A stretch of DNA of 64,000 bases from Vulcanimicrobiota bacterium (GCA_050250895.1 JBFWNU010000002.1:320001-384000), one strand, 5' to 3'; shown: positions 12,303 through 22,927, numbered from the stretch's first letter. A program made the numbers and translations. The notes: generated from the sequence alone by a model not told the origin.

Positions 12303-15300
12303 ATGGTTAATCCGACCAACAATCACATCCACAGAGCCGAAACGGGTGCCACTGGCAAGCCACCGGCCAAAGCCCGACCCGAAACCGAGACCCCGGTTGA
12401 ACCGCAAGACTCGGCTCAAGTAGGCCAACCAACCCACGGCAAAGAGCGCCTGATCGGCGCGGTGGTCCGGGTCGACCCCGACAGAATTGGTCTCAAACGC
12501 GTTGACGACGCGGGCAACGAAGAGTCTTCCAGCATGCTGGCCTTTATCCCCGAAGAGCGGCAGGCTGAATTCGAAAAGATGGGCGCCGTCGTGCCCGAGT
12601 ATGTGGCCGTTCGCTCCGACCTCAACATGCCCGAAGGCAGCAGCATCGAGCCGGTCGCTCTTGAAGCCCCGGCCAACCCTGCCAACACCACCATCGCCCG
12701 CACCATGGAAGTGCCCAAGGCGATGCTGATGCAAGACCCCGACACCGGCCGCGCTCCCATCGAGGATTTTCACGCTCGCCTGGTTCCCAATGATGGCCAG
12801 GTGATGTTCAAAGAAGATATCGAGCGTCTACGACCCAAGACCCACGACCTCAAACTGGCCGATTCGGCCGCGGGCGAAGCCATCGAGAAGCGCCGTAACA
12901 TGCTTAACGGTGTGTCGACTTTCGCCAACCTGATCACCCAGACTTCGTTGCTGGGGTTCTGGAACATCCCCGGCGCCCCCCTCATCGCGGTGGGCACCTC
13001 TGGATTTACCATCAACAAGACGATGGAGACCCTCAAAGGGCTCGAAGACCAGAAAGACTATGTCCGCCGGCAGCGCAAAGAATCCGACGGCGACATCGTT
13101 CAGTTGCGCGTCAACGACCAGTTTTCACGACCGGTGTCGGCCAAGGAAGAGACCAAGCGGCTCTCGAGCCAAATTCTCCAGACCAAAGCCCAGCTGGCTT
13201 CCAACGGGCTGCTGCTCGGGGCGGGCGCCAGCAGCATTCTGGGTCTGATGGCCAACGGCGGAGCCCTCGGTACCGGCACCATGGCCACTGTCCTGGCCGG
13301 CGCCACCGCCTGGACCCCGTGGCTGGCCGGCGCCAGTCTGGCCATGGGTTATGGCGCCAACGTCATGACCACCGTCAAAGAACTCAAAGACCTGGCTGCC
13401 GAGAAGAAAGAGCTGCAAGCGGCCCTGGCCCGGGGCGAGACCACCGTCAAGCACACGCATGAGGTGATCCATCCCCAACTCAAACAGCAGGTCGCCATCA
13501 AAGAAGTCGATATGCCCATCGACAAGCGGCTCGAAGAGATCTCCAAGGCTCAGAAGAAGAACGTTTCGATGCTGGCCCTGATCGGTGGCGGTGTCGGTTC
13601 GGCCGCGGCCACTTTCGGCTTCGCTGCCCCCATGGCCCTGGCCCTGCCGATTTCGCTCGGTCCCGCTGGCGCCATCGTTGGTTTCAACGCCATCGGCGAC
13701 ATGGTCAAGCTCAACGGCGAGAAGAAAGAGCTCAAAGCTCTGCAAGAGTCTGGCCAGACGACCGTCAAGCAGCAGATTCAGATGCCCGAGGGCGAGTGGG
13801 TCGAAAAAGAAGTTCCTATCGAGCAGCGCCTCGACCAGCTGCAGCGTCAGATCAACGGCAAGAAGATTCTGCTCAGCGCCGTGGGCTCGGGCGTGGCCTT
13901 CGCCGGCATGACCGCCGGCCTCGGCATGGGAATGCTGGCCGCCGCCCCCGTGGTTCTGGTGCCCGGCATCGTGGCCGCCGCGCTCTTCCCGAAAGAGACC
14001 AAAGCTATCGTCCAGGGAATCTGGAAATTCATCACCAACATCTTCGGCAAAGAAGCCCGCTCGCGCAAGGCCACCCTCAGCGAAGTGAAGGGACAGGCCA
14101 AGGCCTTCGTCGAGAAGATGAGCGAGCAAGAAAAAGCCCTCAAGCAGGCCAATCCCGACGCCTATGCCAAGCTTAAAGAAGCCTTTGGCAGCTACGCAAC
14201 TTCGACCGACCCGGGTGCGCGGGCTGCTCAGATCGAAGAGATTGGCAAGGCCCTCAACAGCCTCAAGACGGGCGCCCCCGACGCCACTAGGGCCTGGCTG
14301 ACCAGCTTCCGTGAACTCGACAAATCGGTCGAGGGCGAGTGGCGTAAGCACCAGGTGGTGGCCCACATGGTGAGCGATGTGGCCAAGAATGTGTTGGGCA
14401 ACGAGACTCTCAGGACCCGCCTCGACGAAGTCGGTTTTCAGGGCGACATGCGTGATCGCTACGAAGACTTCGTCACCCATCAGCTGGATCCGGGCCAGAC
14501 CCACCAACGCGAATTGCTGGGCAAGGCAGCCAAGGGCGACCAGTCGGCCGGCAAGGAACTCACCATCGACGGTCAGTTTGGTGCCGCCCAGGCGGTCGAG
14601 ACGGCCCGCGAGATGTTTGGCGCCGAGCTGCTCGATTCGATGATCGAGGCCGTGATGAAGTCCGAGAACGGCCAACTGTCGAAAGAGCAGCTCGACGGAT
14701 TCGCCAAGGTAGCCAGTGAAAAGCTCGGTCAAGAGATTCCGGGCCAGGGGCTACAGGCCCTGGCCCAGGGTATCGGTGTGCTCGAGGGCAAGATTCCGCT
14801 CGATTTCTCGGGCGTTTCGGCCCAGCCCCAGGAGCTACCCAAGCTCAACGCCCACGAGCAAGCCATGGCCGAAGCGTTCGGCAAGATGATGGAAGCCGAC
14901 CCCGAGGCCGGCGCCAAACTCAATCAGGCTCTGCTGACCCTCAGCGGCCAGTTCGAGCACGAGCCCAAGGATCAGGCCGAAGCGGCCAAGATGTTCCAGC
15001 AGGCCACCCAGAATCTGAGTGGAGCCATCGCCACCTTCGAGCAGAAGGCTCCCGAAGCGCTGGCCGCCTGGCAAGACGCTCGCAGCAAGCAGATGGAGGC
15101 TTTCCTCGACGCCAACTTCGACAAGTCTGCCTTCGAACAGCTGCTCAACTCGAGTCAGGTGCAGGCTGCTCTCAAAGACACCGGCACCTCGGCCGAAGAG
15201 GCTCAGGTGCTCTTCAAGAAGCTGGGCAAAGCTAATCTGACCCAGGATTTCAGCGAGCTGGCCCCGATTCAGCAAGCCACCGACCCCGCCAGCGCCGAGG

Positions 15301-16064
15301 GTAAAGCCAAGAAGGTTCTGGAAGCTTTCGAACGGGCCGGCCTCGAGCACGTGGCCAAAGAAGCCGGCGGCACGCCGGCCGCGGAAGGTCCCACCCAGGA
15401 ACAGGTGCAGGGTTACATCAATCAGGTCTTCTCTTCCAACCCCACCATCGCCGAGACGCTGCAGTCGCCCGAGCTCGAAGCTGTGGCCAAAGAGCACGGC
15501 GTCGAGCCCGAGTTCGCCCGCCAGTCGTTCGTGAGACTGCTGGCCAGCGATGTCGACCCCCGTCTCAGCGCCGATCTCAAAGCCCGGCTCGAGGCCAACG
15601 ACGCCGAGGCCGCCAAGGAGATGGCGGTTTCCACTGCCGTGCTCGAGCTGGTGCAGTCCAAGTCGAAAGCCGCCGATGAGGCTCGCCTGGCCTCGATCGA
15701 CCCCGGACAACTCAAAGCGGCTGAAAACGAAATCTTCGCCAGCGACATGATGAAGACGGCCCTGGAACTGCCCGAGTTCGGCCAGCTTCAACAGCATCTG
15801 CAGGCCGACAGCAACACCGTCGAAGAGGCTGCCCGTATCTTGATTCGCGCCCAGCTCACGCAAAGTGGTAGCGAGATTCAGGCGCTCAACGAGGCAGCCA
15901 ACAAAGGCGACACCGAGGCTTTGAAGAAGCTGCAGTTGCTGCAGGGTGTGCAGCAAGCCACCGCCGCCGTTCAACAGGCGGCAGCTCAGCAGCAGCAACC
16001 ACCCGCCGCCCCGCCCGCTCCTGCGGCCGAAGCGCCCGCCGAAACGGTCGAAGCCAAACAGTAG
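12303..16064 (+). CDS. Large hypothetical protein with repeated coiled-coil + Gly-rich hydrophobic modules and helical C-terminal repeats
   Basis: 1253-aa ORF with typical codon bias; internal repeats such as KKELQAALARGETTVKH / KKELKALQESGQTTVKQ. Confidence 0.85.
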   Translation: MVNPTNNHIHRAETGATGKPPAKARPETETPVEPQDSAQVGQPTHGKERLIGAVVRVDPDRIGLKRVDDAGNEESSSMLAFIPEERQAEFEKMGAVVPEYVAVRSDLNMPEGSSIEPVALEAPANPANTTIARTMEVPKAMLMQDPDTGRAPIEDFHARLVPNDGQVMFKEDIERLRPKTHDLKLADSAAGEAIEKRRNMLNGVSTFANLITQTSLLGFWNIPGAPLIAVGTSGFTINKTMETLKGLEDQKDYVRRQRKESDGDIVQLRVNDQFSRPVSAKEETKRLSSQILQTKAQLASNGLLLGAGASSILGLMANGGALGTGTMATVLAGATAWTPWLAGASLAMGYGANVMTTVKELKDLAAEKKELQAALARGETTVKHTHEVIHPQLKQQVAIKEVDMPIDKRLEEISKAQKKNVSMLALIGGGVGSAAATFGFAAPMALALPISLGPAGAIVGFNAIGDMVKLNGEKKELKALQESGQTTVKQQIQMPEGEWVEKEVPIEQRLDQLQRQINGKKILLSAVGSGVAFAGMTAGLGMGMLAAAPVVLVPGIVAAALFPKETKAIVQGIWKFITNIFGKEARSRKATLSEVKGQAKAFVEKMSEQEKALKQANPDAYAKLKEAFGSYATSTDPGARAAQIEEIGKALNSLKTGAPDATRAWLTSFRELDKSVEGEWRKHQVVAHMVSDVAKNVLGNETLRTRLDEVGFQGDMRDRYEDFVTHQLDPGQTHQRELLGKAAKGDQSAGKELTIDGQFGAAQAVETAREMFGAELLDSMIEAVMKSENGQLSKEQLDGFAKVASEKLGQEIPGQGLQALAQGIGVLEGKIPLDFSGVSAQPQELPKLNAHEQAMAEAFGKMMEADPEAGAKLNQALLTLSGQFEHEPKDQAEAAKMFQQATQNLSGAIATFEQKAPEALAAWQDARSKQMEAFLDANFDKSAFEQLLNSSQVQAALKDTGTSAEEAQVLFKKLGKANLTQDFSELAPIQQATDPASAEGKAKKVLEAFERAGLEHVAKEAGGTPAAEGPTQEQVQGYINQVFSSNPTIAETLQSPELEAVAKEHGVEPEFARQSFVRLLASDVDPRLSADLKARLEANDAEAAKEMAVSTAVLELVQSKSKAADEARLASIDPGQLKAAENEIFASDMMKTALELPEFGQLQQHLQADSNTVEEAARILIRAQLTQSGSEIQALNEAANKGDTEALKKLQLLQGVQQATAAVQQAAAQQQQPPAAPPAPAAEAPAETVEAKQ

Positions 16065-16082
16065 CACCCGTTTTCAAAAGCA

Positions 16083-16115
16083 AACAGAGGGTCGACAATT
16101 TGTCGGCCCTTTGTT
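16083..16115 (+). terminator. Probable intrinsic terminator
   Basis: AACAGAGGGTCGACA...TGTCGGCCCTTTGTT hairpin after the 1253-aa gene. Confidence 0.6.
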
Positions 16116-16178
16116 CATGTTCACAGAAAGTTTACCCTTGGCGAGAGTTCCTCCGTTATGGTCCCTCCAGGAGGAAGA

Positions 16179-18341
16179 ATGATCTCTGCTTTGACCTCGG
16201 TTCGAAACGCCCAGGCGTTTGGGACCAAACTGGCCGCACGGGAGGGGGAAATCGCGGGGCCACAGGATACGGCGCAGCTATCGCGAGAGATAGCGTCGCT
16301 AGACTCCAAGTTGCCCGGGCATGTGGAAGGGGAAGTGCTGGTCAAGCTGCACCGCGGCTTCCAGGCTGACGAGGCCTTCGTAGGCGACTATGGAGCCACC
16401 CTGGTCGAGGAATTCGACATTCCTCCCGACATGCGCCAGAAGATCGGCGGCAAGATGGTCCATCTCCGCTTGCCCGAGGGCGTGACCACGGCCGAAGCCA
16501 TGGTCGCCATGGGGCGCGACGGCCGGGTGGCCTACGCTTGCGCCAACGAACTCCTGTCCCACTACGGAGACCCGGTCTTTCCTCCCGATCTCGACACCCG
16601 GCTGTGGGGTCTGCACAACACCGGGCAAGACGAAGGCACGGCCGACGCCGACATCGATGCCCCCGAAGCCTGGGCTATCACCACCGGCAAGGGCCTGCAA
16701 GAAAACGGCCCGGTCATTGCCGTGATCGATACCGGCATCGACACCGGCCACCCTGATCTCAGGGCCAACCTCTGGACCAACACCGGCGAGATTCCTGGCG
16801 ACGGCATCGACAACGACGGCAACGGCGTCATCGACGATGTGCACGGCTACAACGCCATCGACGGTAGCGGCAATCCCTATGATGACAATCGCCACGGCAC
16901 GCACTGCGCCGGCACCATCGCCGCCGATGGCACCAACGGAGAGGGCGTGGTCGGGGTGAACCACAAGGCCCAGCTGATGGCCGTCAAGTTCCTCTCGGGC
17001 CAGGGTAGCGGCACCACCGCCGACGCCGTGAAAGGTCTGCTCTATGCCGACCGCATGGGAGCCCGCATCACCTCGAACTCGTGGGGAGGCGGTGGCTTCA
17101 ATGAAGCCCTGCGCGACACCCTCGAGGCCTCTCACGCTCTGCACATCTTCGCGGCCGGCAACTCGAACAACGACAACGATGCCCGCGCCTCCTATCCGGC
17201 TTCGTACGACCTCGACAATATCGTCTCGGTGGCCGCCAGCGACCGCAACGACCAGCGGGCCAGCTTCTCGAACTATGGGGCTACCAGCGTCGACCTGGCC
17301 GCCCCGGGCAAGACCATCTTCTCGACGGTGCCGGGAGGCCGCTACGCCACGCTCAGCGGCACCTCCATGGCCACGCCCCACGTGGCCGGCGTGGCCGGAC
17401 TCATCGCCAGCGCCTATCCCGAGGCCAGCAACGACGACATCAAGGGTCGCTTGCTCAATGGCGTCGACCGTCTACCCCAGTTGACCAACAAAGTCCTTAG
17501 CGGGGGTCGCCTCAACGCCGCCAACTCGCTCGAAGACGACCACATCGCCCCGGGAGCTCCCAACGATTTTCGCACCGAGGCCGCTGGCGCGCGCACGGTG
17601 CGCCTGAGCTGGACGGCCACCGGTGACGACGGGTGGTGTGGTCGCGCCTCGGCTTACCAGCTGCGCCATGCCGACCGGCCTATTGTAGAAGGCCCGGCGG
17701 GAGAGTCCGAAGTCGGCTTTGATCAGGCCACCACGCTGGTCGCTCCCAAGCCGTCCGAAACCGGCACCATCGAGCAGGTGATGCTTAACCTGCCGCCCTC
17801 GGGTCAACCTCGGACCCTCCACTTCGCCCTCAAAGTGGCCGACAACCTCGGCAATCTCTCGGAGATCCGCACGGCCACCGCCCAGATTCCCGCCTCGACC
17901 GTGGCCTTTCAGGACAATTTTGACAACAACCAGCGGGGCTGGACGGCCGAAGCCGATTGGGCCCGCATCGACGAGCCTGGTCGAGGCAAAATCTGGACCG
18001 ACAGTCCCAACGGCAACTACGCCAACGAGCGCAACGCCTCGCTGGTGTCGCCCCCCATCAATCTGGCGGCCATTCGCAACAGCGCGCTACTTTTTGACAC
18101 TCGCTACGAGATCGAGCAGAGCTTCGACCGCCTCCACCTCGAGGTCTCCACCGACAACAAGATCTGGAACAAGCTCGAGGACTTCACCGGCCGCAGCGAG
18201 TGGAAGCAGCATCTGGTCGACCTCTCGCGCTACGACGGCCAGACGGTCCGCCTGCGCTTTCGACTCGAAAGCGACAGCTCGGTGGTGCGCGACGGTTTCT
18301 ATCTAGACAATATCTCGGTCGTCGGCGACCCCAACATCTAG
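16179..18341 (+). CDS. S8 subtilase paralog 1 (pro-domain, catalytic domain, Fn3-like and C-terminal jelly-roll domains)
   Basis: [16 protein letters not shown] and GTSMATPHV motifs; AGGAGG RBS before ATG 16179. Confidence 0.95.
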   Translation: MISALTSVRNAQAFGTKLAAREGEIAGPQDTAQLSREIASLDSKLPGHVEGEVLVKLHRGFQADEAFVGDYGATLVEEFDIPPDMRQKIGGKMVHLRLPEGVTTAEAMVAMGRDGRVAYACANELLSHYGDPVFPPDLDTRLWGLHNTGQDEGTADADIDAPEAWAITTGKGLQENGPVIAVIDTGIDTGHPDLRANLWTNTGEIPGDGIDNDGNGVIDDVHGYNAIDGSGNPYDDNRHGTHCAGTIAADGTNGEGVVGVNHKAQLMAVKFLSGQGSGTTADAVKGLLYADRMGARITSNSWGGGGFNEALRDTLEASHALHIFAAGNSNNDNDARASYPASYDLDNIVSVAASDRNDQRASFSNYGATSVDLAAPGKTIFSTVPGGRYATLSGTSMATPHVAGVAGLIASAYPEASNDDIKGRLLNGVDRLPQLTNKVLSGGRLNAANSLEDDHIAPGAPNDFRTEAAGARTVRLSWTATGDDGWCGRASAYQLRHADRPIVEGPAGESEVGFDQATTLVAPKPSETGTIEQVMLNLPPSGQPRTLHFALKVADNLGNLSEIRTATAQIPASTVAFQDNFDNNQRGWTAEADWARIDEPGRGKIWTDSPNGNYANERNASLVSPPINLAAIRNSALLFDTRYEIEQSFDRLHLEVSTDNKIWNKLEDFTGRSEWKQHLVDLSRYDGQTVRLRFRLESDSSVVRDGFYLDNISVVGDPNI

Positions 18342-20632
18342 GGGATGGTGACGGCGCGGGCCGGATGGGCGCGCGGTGCCAGGGCGAGGTTGTCCCAGGT
18401 GATTTTGCCGTTGGTGTCGGTCCCATCGAAGTCGACCCGTCGCCCATAGTGGTCGGCCTTGGAGCCGTCGCCGCGGTTTTCGACATGGACGCAATGACTG
18501 CGGCTCGAGACCATGACCGCCTCGTGGTCGTCCACCTTCCAGGGGGCGATGCGGTAGGCGTTCTGACGAAGGCCGAGATAGCGCAGGCAGTTGGGGGCGA
18601 ATTCGCCGTTGTTGAGCCAGTCTAGCGCCTTCTCGTAGCTCTTGACCGGCGCGTGCTTGCCGGTTTGCAGGCGCTTGGCCATGACGGCAAAGCAGGCATC
18701 GGCCATCCGCCGCCCGACCCCCGAGCCGCGAAAGTTCGAGCTAGCGCGAGCCAGGTCCAGTTCGGCCCGAGAAAGGGTGAGTTGATGACCGTCTTGCATG
18801 ACCACCCGCCAGCCATCGTCGGTGGGGGAGAGCTCATCGAAAACCCCGGTGCCATATTGCTGAAGAGCAGCTTTGATGACGGCCACCGAGACGCAGTTGC
18901 CTTCGACACTCTGGGCCCAGGAGCGGGTCAGCTCGTCGTCGGGACTGGGTAGCAAGTCGGCAAAAGCTGCCAGGTCAGGCGTCTGGGTGGCCACCCTTTC
19001 GAGCCTGGCCGCCAGCTTCTGATCGAGGGGACGAGCCGTGAGCAGCAGGGCGGCAAGCTCGCCCACGGTCGGCTCCTTTTCGCTAAGATAGCGGATGCCA
19101 ATCTGCAGCAAAGCCAGCTTCTCGGCCGGGTGGCCAAAGCCGTGGCGGGCTTCGAGTTGGGTGAGCAATCCCACGCATTTCCCCAGCTCTCCTGGGCTAT
19201 TCGCCAGCGATTTGAGACCCTCGCGAGCAGCCGCGCAGTCGACCTCGAAGTCTTTCTTGCTGCGAGGAAGCTGGGCCGCCAGCCCGCGATCGAGCACCCG
19301 AGCCAAAAGCGATCCCTCGCCCTGCTCGGACAGTCCGCGCAAGCCTCCGGCCAACAAGCTCAGCATGGCCGCCTCGGCGGGCTCGTTGCGCAGCCGGGTA
19401 GCCAACCCCGAGTCGGATCCTGTGAGTCGCTCCCAGGCGTCCGCGCCCAGCCGCTTGAGGCCTGTTTGGGCCTCGTTTACAAGCGAATCGCGAAAATAGC
19501 CCTCGGTCCAGCGGTCCAGGGCCGCCAGGGCGCCGGCCTGATCCGGCGAGGCCAGCGGCAGGAGACGATCCACCATTTTGCGCGCCGTCTCTCGACCGCG
19601 CTGGGTGTCGGGATCTCTTTCCACCACCGCCGCCACCAGCGAGGCTGCCCCCGTCAACTCTGCTTCGGGGCGCTGCAGCACTTGCCAGGCATAGGCCTGC
19701 ACCCTCGGGGTGAGCTCGAGGTCGGCGTCGAGCACCTGGCTGCAGGCCTGGGCCAGGCTGGCGGGTGTGGCCGCTCCGGCGGTGGCTCCCTCGAGCGCGG
19801 CCTCGTGAATCTGGCTGCGGGTGCGGGCCCGGGTTACCCCGGCGGCCATCTGGCTGGCCCAATCGCGCCAGGCCGGATGGCAGTCAGCCAGAGCGGCACT
19901 GGCCACCAGGGCTCGATCTTCCCAACCGTCGAGAGGTTCGACCATGGCCAAACCCAGGGCGGCCGAGGACTCTTCTCGCCCGTGCGCCTCGAGCCCCCGT
20001 TGGATGGCTGCGACCTGAGCTCGAGCATCGACCAGGGCCAGTTGCTTGACGCGTTGCAGCAGTCTGGCCTCGGCCGTGTCCGGGAGGCGCTCGAGCAGCC
20101 GGCCGGCTAGATCCAGGCTGGCCGGCGAGTTGGCTGTCGCGGCCAGCATCTCGCCCAGGGCGATGGGTTCGGTGTCTTGCTCGCGAGCTAACAGCAGCAG
20201 TCGCTGGCGAGCCGAAACCTCGGGCATCCTCAGCACGAACGAGCTGAAGTGGCCGGGGCTGGTTTCGAGCAAAGAAGCCACGGCGGCCTCGGCGGGCTGG
20301 TCTCCCTGGCCGGCCACCGTCAATTCTCTCAAAGCCAACGCGGCCAGCATCGAAGCCGGAGCCGCCCCCAGAGTCGCCTGCTCGGCCAGCTGAGCCAGGA
20401 CATCTTTGTAGACGGCCAGTCGAGCCCCGGGCTCGACGGCAGCGCCCATGGCCAGGGTCAGGGCCACCGGCCCGTGATAGTTGACCTCTCGACCCTGATA
20501 CTGGTCGATGGCCTCCAAGGCCGAAGTGGCGGCCTCGAGACGCTTTCGCTCGCGGCCAAAGAGATGAAACCGTCCGGCTCCCTTGAGCCCCCTCAGGGCC
20601 AGGGTCGCCGGAGCAGAGCCGGGTTGAACCAT
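18338..20632 (-). CDS. Helical-repeat protein with C-terminal putative papain-like Cys-protease domain
   Basis: 764-aa ORF; QSVEGNCVSVAVIKAA...SHCVHV motif. Confidence 0.7.
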   Translation of the reverse strand: MVQPGSAPATLALRGLKGAGRFHLFGRERKRLEAATSALEAIDQYQGREVNYHGPVALTLAMGAAVEPGARLAVYKDVLAQLAEQATLGAAPASMLAALALRELTVAGQGDQPAEAAVASLLETSPGHFSSFVLRMPEVSARQRLLLLAREQDTEPIALGEMLAATANSPASLDLAGRLLERLPDTAEARLLQRVKQLALVDARAQVAAIQRGLEAHGREESSAALGLAMVEPLDGWEDRALVASAALADCHPAWRDWASQMAAGVTRARTRSQIHEAALEGATAGAATPASLAQACSQVLDADLELTPRVQAYAWQVLQRPEAELTGAASLVAAVVERDPDTQRGRETARKMVDRLLPLASPDQAGALAALDRWTEGYFRDSLVNEAQTGLKRLGADAWERLTGSDSGLATRLRNEPAEAAMLSLLAGGLRGLSEQGEGSLLARVLDRGLAAQLPRSKKDFEVDCAAAREGLKSLANSPGELGKCVGLLTQLEARHGFGHPAEKLALLQIGIRYLSEKEPTVGELAALLLTARPLDQKLAARLERVATQTPDLAAFADLLPSPDDELTRSWAQSVEGNCVSVAVIKAALQQYGTGVFDELSPTDDGWRVVMQDGHQLTLSRAELDLARASSNFRGSGVGRRMADACFAVMAKRLQTGKHAPVKSYEKALDWLNNGEFAPNCLRYLGLRQNAYRIAPWKVDDHEAVMVSSRSHCVHVENRGDGSKADHYGRRVDFDGTDTNGKITWDNLALAPRAHPARAVTIP

Positions 20633-20675
20633 GGGGTCAGCCTAAGCGAAGCCTCTGAACACAACCTGAAAGGGT

Positions 20676-21455
20676 TCAGCCGAGAAAATCCAGAGAGACG
20701 GCCAGCAGCGTGTCGGTGGCCCGAGGGTTAGGACCCATGTCGGCGAGGTCCATGTGGTCGCTCTCAGGAACGACCACCAGCGAGGCGGTGGGTAGCAGGT
20801 CTCGCAGAGCCAGTCGCTGGTGGCTGGTGGTGCCGTCGGCGGTATGGTCTTGCTCGGCTAGAACCCAGAGGGCGGGAAGGTCCAGACGCTGGTAGTCCTT
20901 CGCCCGAAACAGTTGTCCGGGCGGTTGAAACGAGATGGCGATGAGCGCCGACACGGCCGGATGAGCGAAGTCGCCGAGCCCGGGAACGGGCAGCCCGGCC
21001 ACGGCCATGGCCGAGTAGGCTCCGAAGGAATGGCCGGCGGCCACGATTCGACCAGGCCCGAATTCCATGCGCACCCGGTCGATGACCAGCCCAAGATCGA
21101 GCGGCCGGTTGGCAAGACAGGCTGGATTGTAGACCCAGCGCCGGAGGCTCGGGCCGGGACGAAGGTATCGCCGCGGCAGCAAGCGCACGGCGGCCGAGCG
21201 GGAAGAGCCCGGATGCTCGACCACCACGACCCCATGGCCCCGGTCCGCCCAGCCGCGGGCCAGTTTGGCGTAGTCAAAGCGGTTGCCGCCGAACCCGGTG
21301 GAGAAGACAATCCAGCTTCTGGTGGGTCCGACCGGCAGATAGACTGCGCACGGCACCCGGCGCTGTCGGCGCGGGTCGAGGCAGTCCCAAACCAGATCCG
21401 CCCGACGCCGGCCCGGCAGGCCCAGGGCCTGGGGAAGCAAACGAATAGCCGTCAC
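20676..21455 (-). CDS. Alpha/beta hydrolase (dienelactone hydrolase/PAF-AH-like)
   Basis: STGFGG, EHPGS, RPLD, nucleophile GHSFG, C-terminal catalytic His (SDHM). Confidence 0.85.
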   Translation of the reverse strand: MTAIRLLPQALGLPGRRRADLVWDCLDPRRQRRVPCAVYLPVGPTRSWIVFSTGFGGNRFDYAKLARGWADRGHGVVVVEHPGSSRSAAVRLLPRRYLRPGPSLRRWVYNPACLANRPLDLGLVIDRVRMEFGPGRIVAAGHSFGAYSAMAVAGLPVPGLGDFAHPAVSALIAISFQPPGQLFRAKDYQRLDLPALWVLAEQDHTADGTTSHQRLALRDLLPTASLVVVPESDHMDLADMGPNPRATDTLLAVSLDFLG

Positions 21456-21570
21456 GCCTCCAGTATACCCGCTCTGCGGCGCGTCAGCCTGGGTCAGATG
21501 ACCCTAAGCTTGGAAGGTGCTGGCCACAGAGCGGTCGCTCCCGAGCGCGCTCCTGGCGCGCGTGGGCGTT

Positions 21571-22158
21571 TCAGTCTTTGGGACGAGCGTGATCTTCTCG
21601 CTCAACTCCGCAGAGCGTGATTCGCTTAAGTGAACCTCCCACCATTTGCACCTTCCAGCCTCTCCACAGGTACATGCTGGAGTCCGACAGCTCCACTATA
21701 CGACCGGGTATTCCAAGGACGCCAAGGACTTTCTCTTCGCTATCGCCGAAGGAGAGAAGAATTTTCCCCTCTTGGACAAGTTGGTGGCCCGTAACGCTAA
21801 CGACCTGGAGACCTCTGGTTTGTTGCAGCGTGCCCGGAAAAAGGAGACAATCCCTTGCCTTTGCTACGTCAATGAACTGGATATCCAGTTGTTCGTCATA
21901 CACCCATATCTGATAGTCCAACCCCGCGTAGATTCTTTTCTCCAGCGGATCTCCTAAGCGTTCTTGAACTTGGAGCGGCGACATCCCCAAGCCAACATCA
22001 GATATCACACACTTTTTAGGGTTCAGCCTTACATCGCCATCAGCATAGATGGGCGTGATGAGCAATGATATCAAGAAGACTACTCTATACACAATCTTCT
22101 GATCTCCAAACCACGACGGAGAGTAACACCTCTTCAAGTAGACGGCCTCGTCCTTCAA
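21571..22158 (-). CDS. Hypothetical exported protein, AT-richer, with two SmpA/BamE-like repeats
   Basis: Hydrophobic N-terminal segment; GMSPLQVQERLGDP and GDSEEKVLGVLGIP; start uncertain. Confidence 0.55.
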   Translation of the reverse strand: MKDEAVYLKRCYSPSWFGDQKIVYRVVFLISLLITPIYADGDVRLNPKKCVISDVGLGMSPLQVQERLGDPLEKRIYAGLDYQIWVYDEQLDIQFIDVAKARDCLLFPGTLQQTRGLQVVSVTGHQLVQEGKILLSFGDSEEKVLGVLGIPGRIVELSDSSMYLWRGWKVQMVGGSLKRITLCGVEREDHARPKD

Positions 22159-22397
22159 GTGACGTGCCGCGGATGCGTGAAGGCCCCGATCAGGTCATCG
22201 AGTTCGAAGGGGTTGTCGTAGCGGTTCGAGACGTGCAGCAAGAAGGGCACGATGGTGTTCTCGGTGGGACTGAGCCCGCCCAGGTCCGTCAGGTCGCGGG
22301 GCTCGGCTCGCTCGGGCAGGCGGCCCTGGGCGATGAAGCGCCGGAAGCAAGGAAAGGTGACGGCGAGCGCTCGGAAGCGGTGAGTTGGGTCTGTCAC
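22155..22397 (-). CDS. Small hypothetical protein, possibly truncated, divergent from the XRE regulator
   Basis: AAGGA RBS before GTG; stop overlaps the start of the next gene. Confidence 0.45.
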   Translation of the reverse strand: MTDPTHRFRALAVTFPCFRRFIAQGRLPERAEPRDLTDLGGLSPTENTIVPFLLHVSNRYDNPFELDDLIGAFTHPRHVT

Positions 22398-22579
22398 GGG
22401 CAAGTCCTTTGAAAGCTGAGATTTTACCAACGAACATGACGTGTTTAGGATACGAATTTTGAGAATATTCCACGAAGACATTCATTTGAAGGAACGAAAG
22501 TTTGCTCTGGTTTTAGTTGTGGATTCTCTTGAAAGCCGATAATATGGAGCTAACTACTCGCCAGAGAGGATTTCTGGAT

Positions 22580-22927
22580 GTGACGTTAGGTCAACGAATT
22601 CGTCATCTAAGGATGCAAAAAGGCTGGAGTCAACGCCAACTCGAGGAGAAGGCCGGCTTAGAAGGCCGCAATCTCACGAGGTATGAAAGCGACAAGGTTC
22701 GCCCTCGTTTGAGAGTCTTGAAGCAGCTTGCATCCGCACTCCAAGTCAGCGTTGACGAGCTGACCACCGACGAAAACGAACGGCCCGAGCAGCAGTTCCA
22801 AGACAAGGAACTTCTCAACCAGTTCCTGGCCGTAGAGAAGATGGACGAGCAAGACAGGATGGCCATCAAGTGTCTGCTGCAAGCCATGATCCTCAACAAC
22901 AAGATAAGGGACCTGCAAACCGCCTGA
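22580..22927 (+). CDS. XRE-family HTH transcriptional regulator
   Basis: LGQRIRHLR..KGWSQRQL...LTRYE..P..L..LA.AL.VS.DEL pattern; GAGAGGA RBS. Confidence 0.9.
   Translation: MTLGQRIRHLRMQKGWSQRQLEEKAGLEGRNLTRYESDKVRPRLRVLKQLASALQVSVDELTTDENERPEQQFQDKELLNQFLAVEKMDEQDRMAIKCLLQAMILNNKIRDLQTA

Noticed and set aside
22535-22542. Perfect sigma-28 -10 box GCCGATAA upstream of the XRE gene
   Set aside because: No TAAA -35 at the proper spacing; GATAAT could equally be a sigma-70 -10
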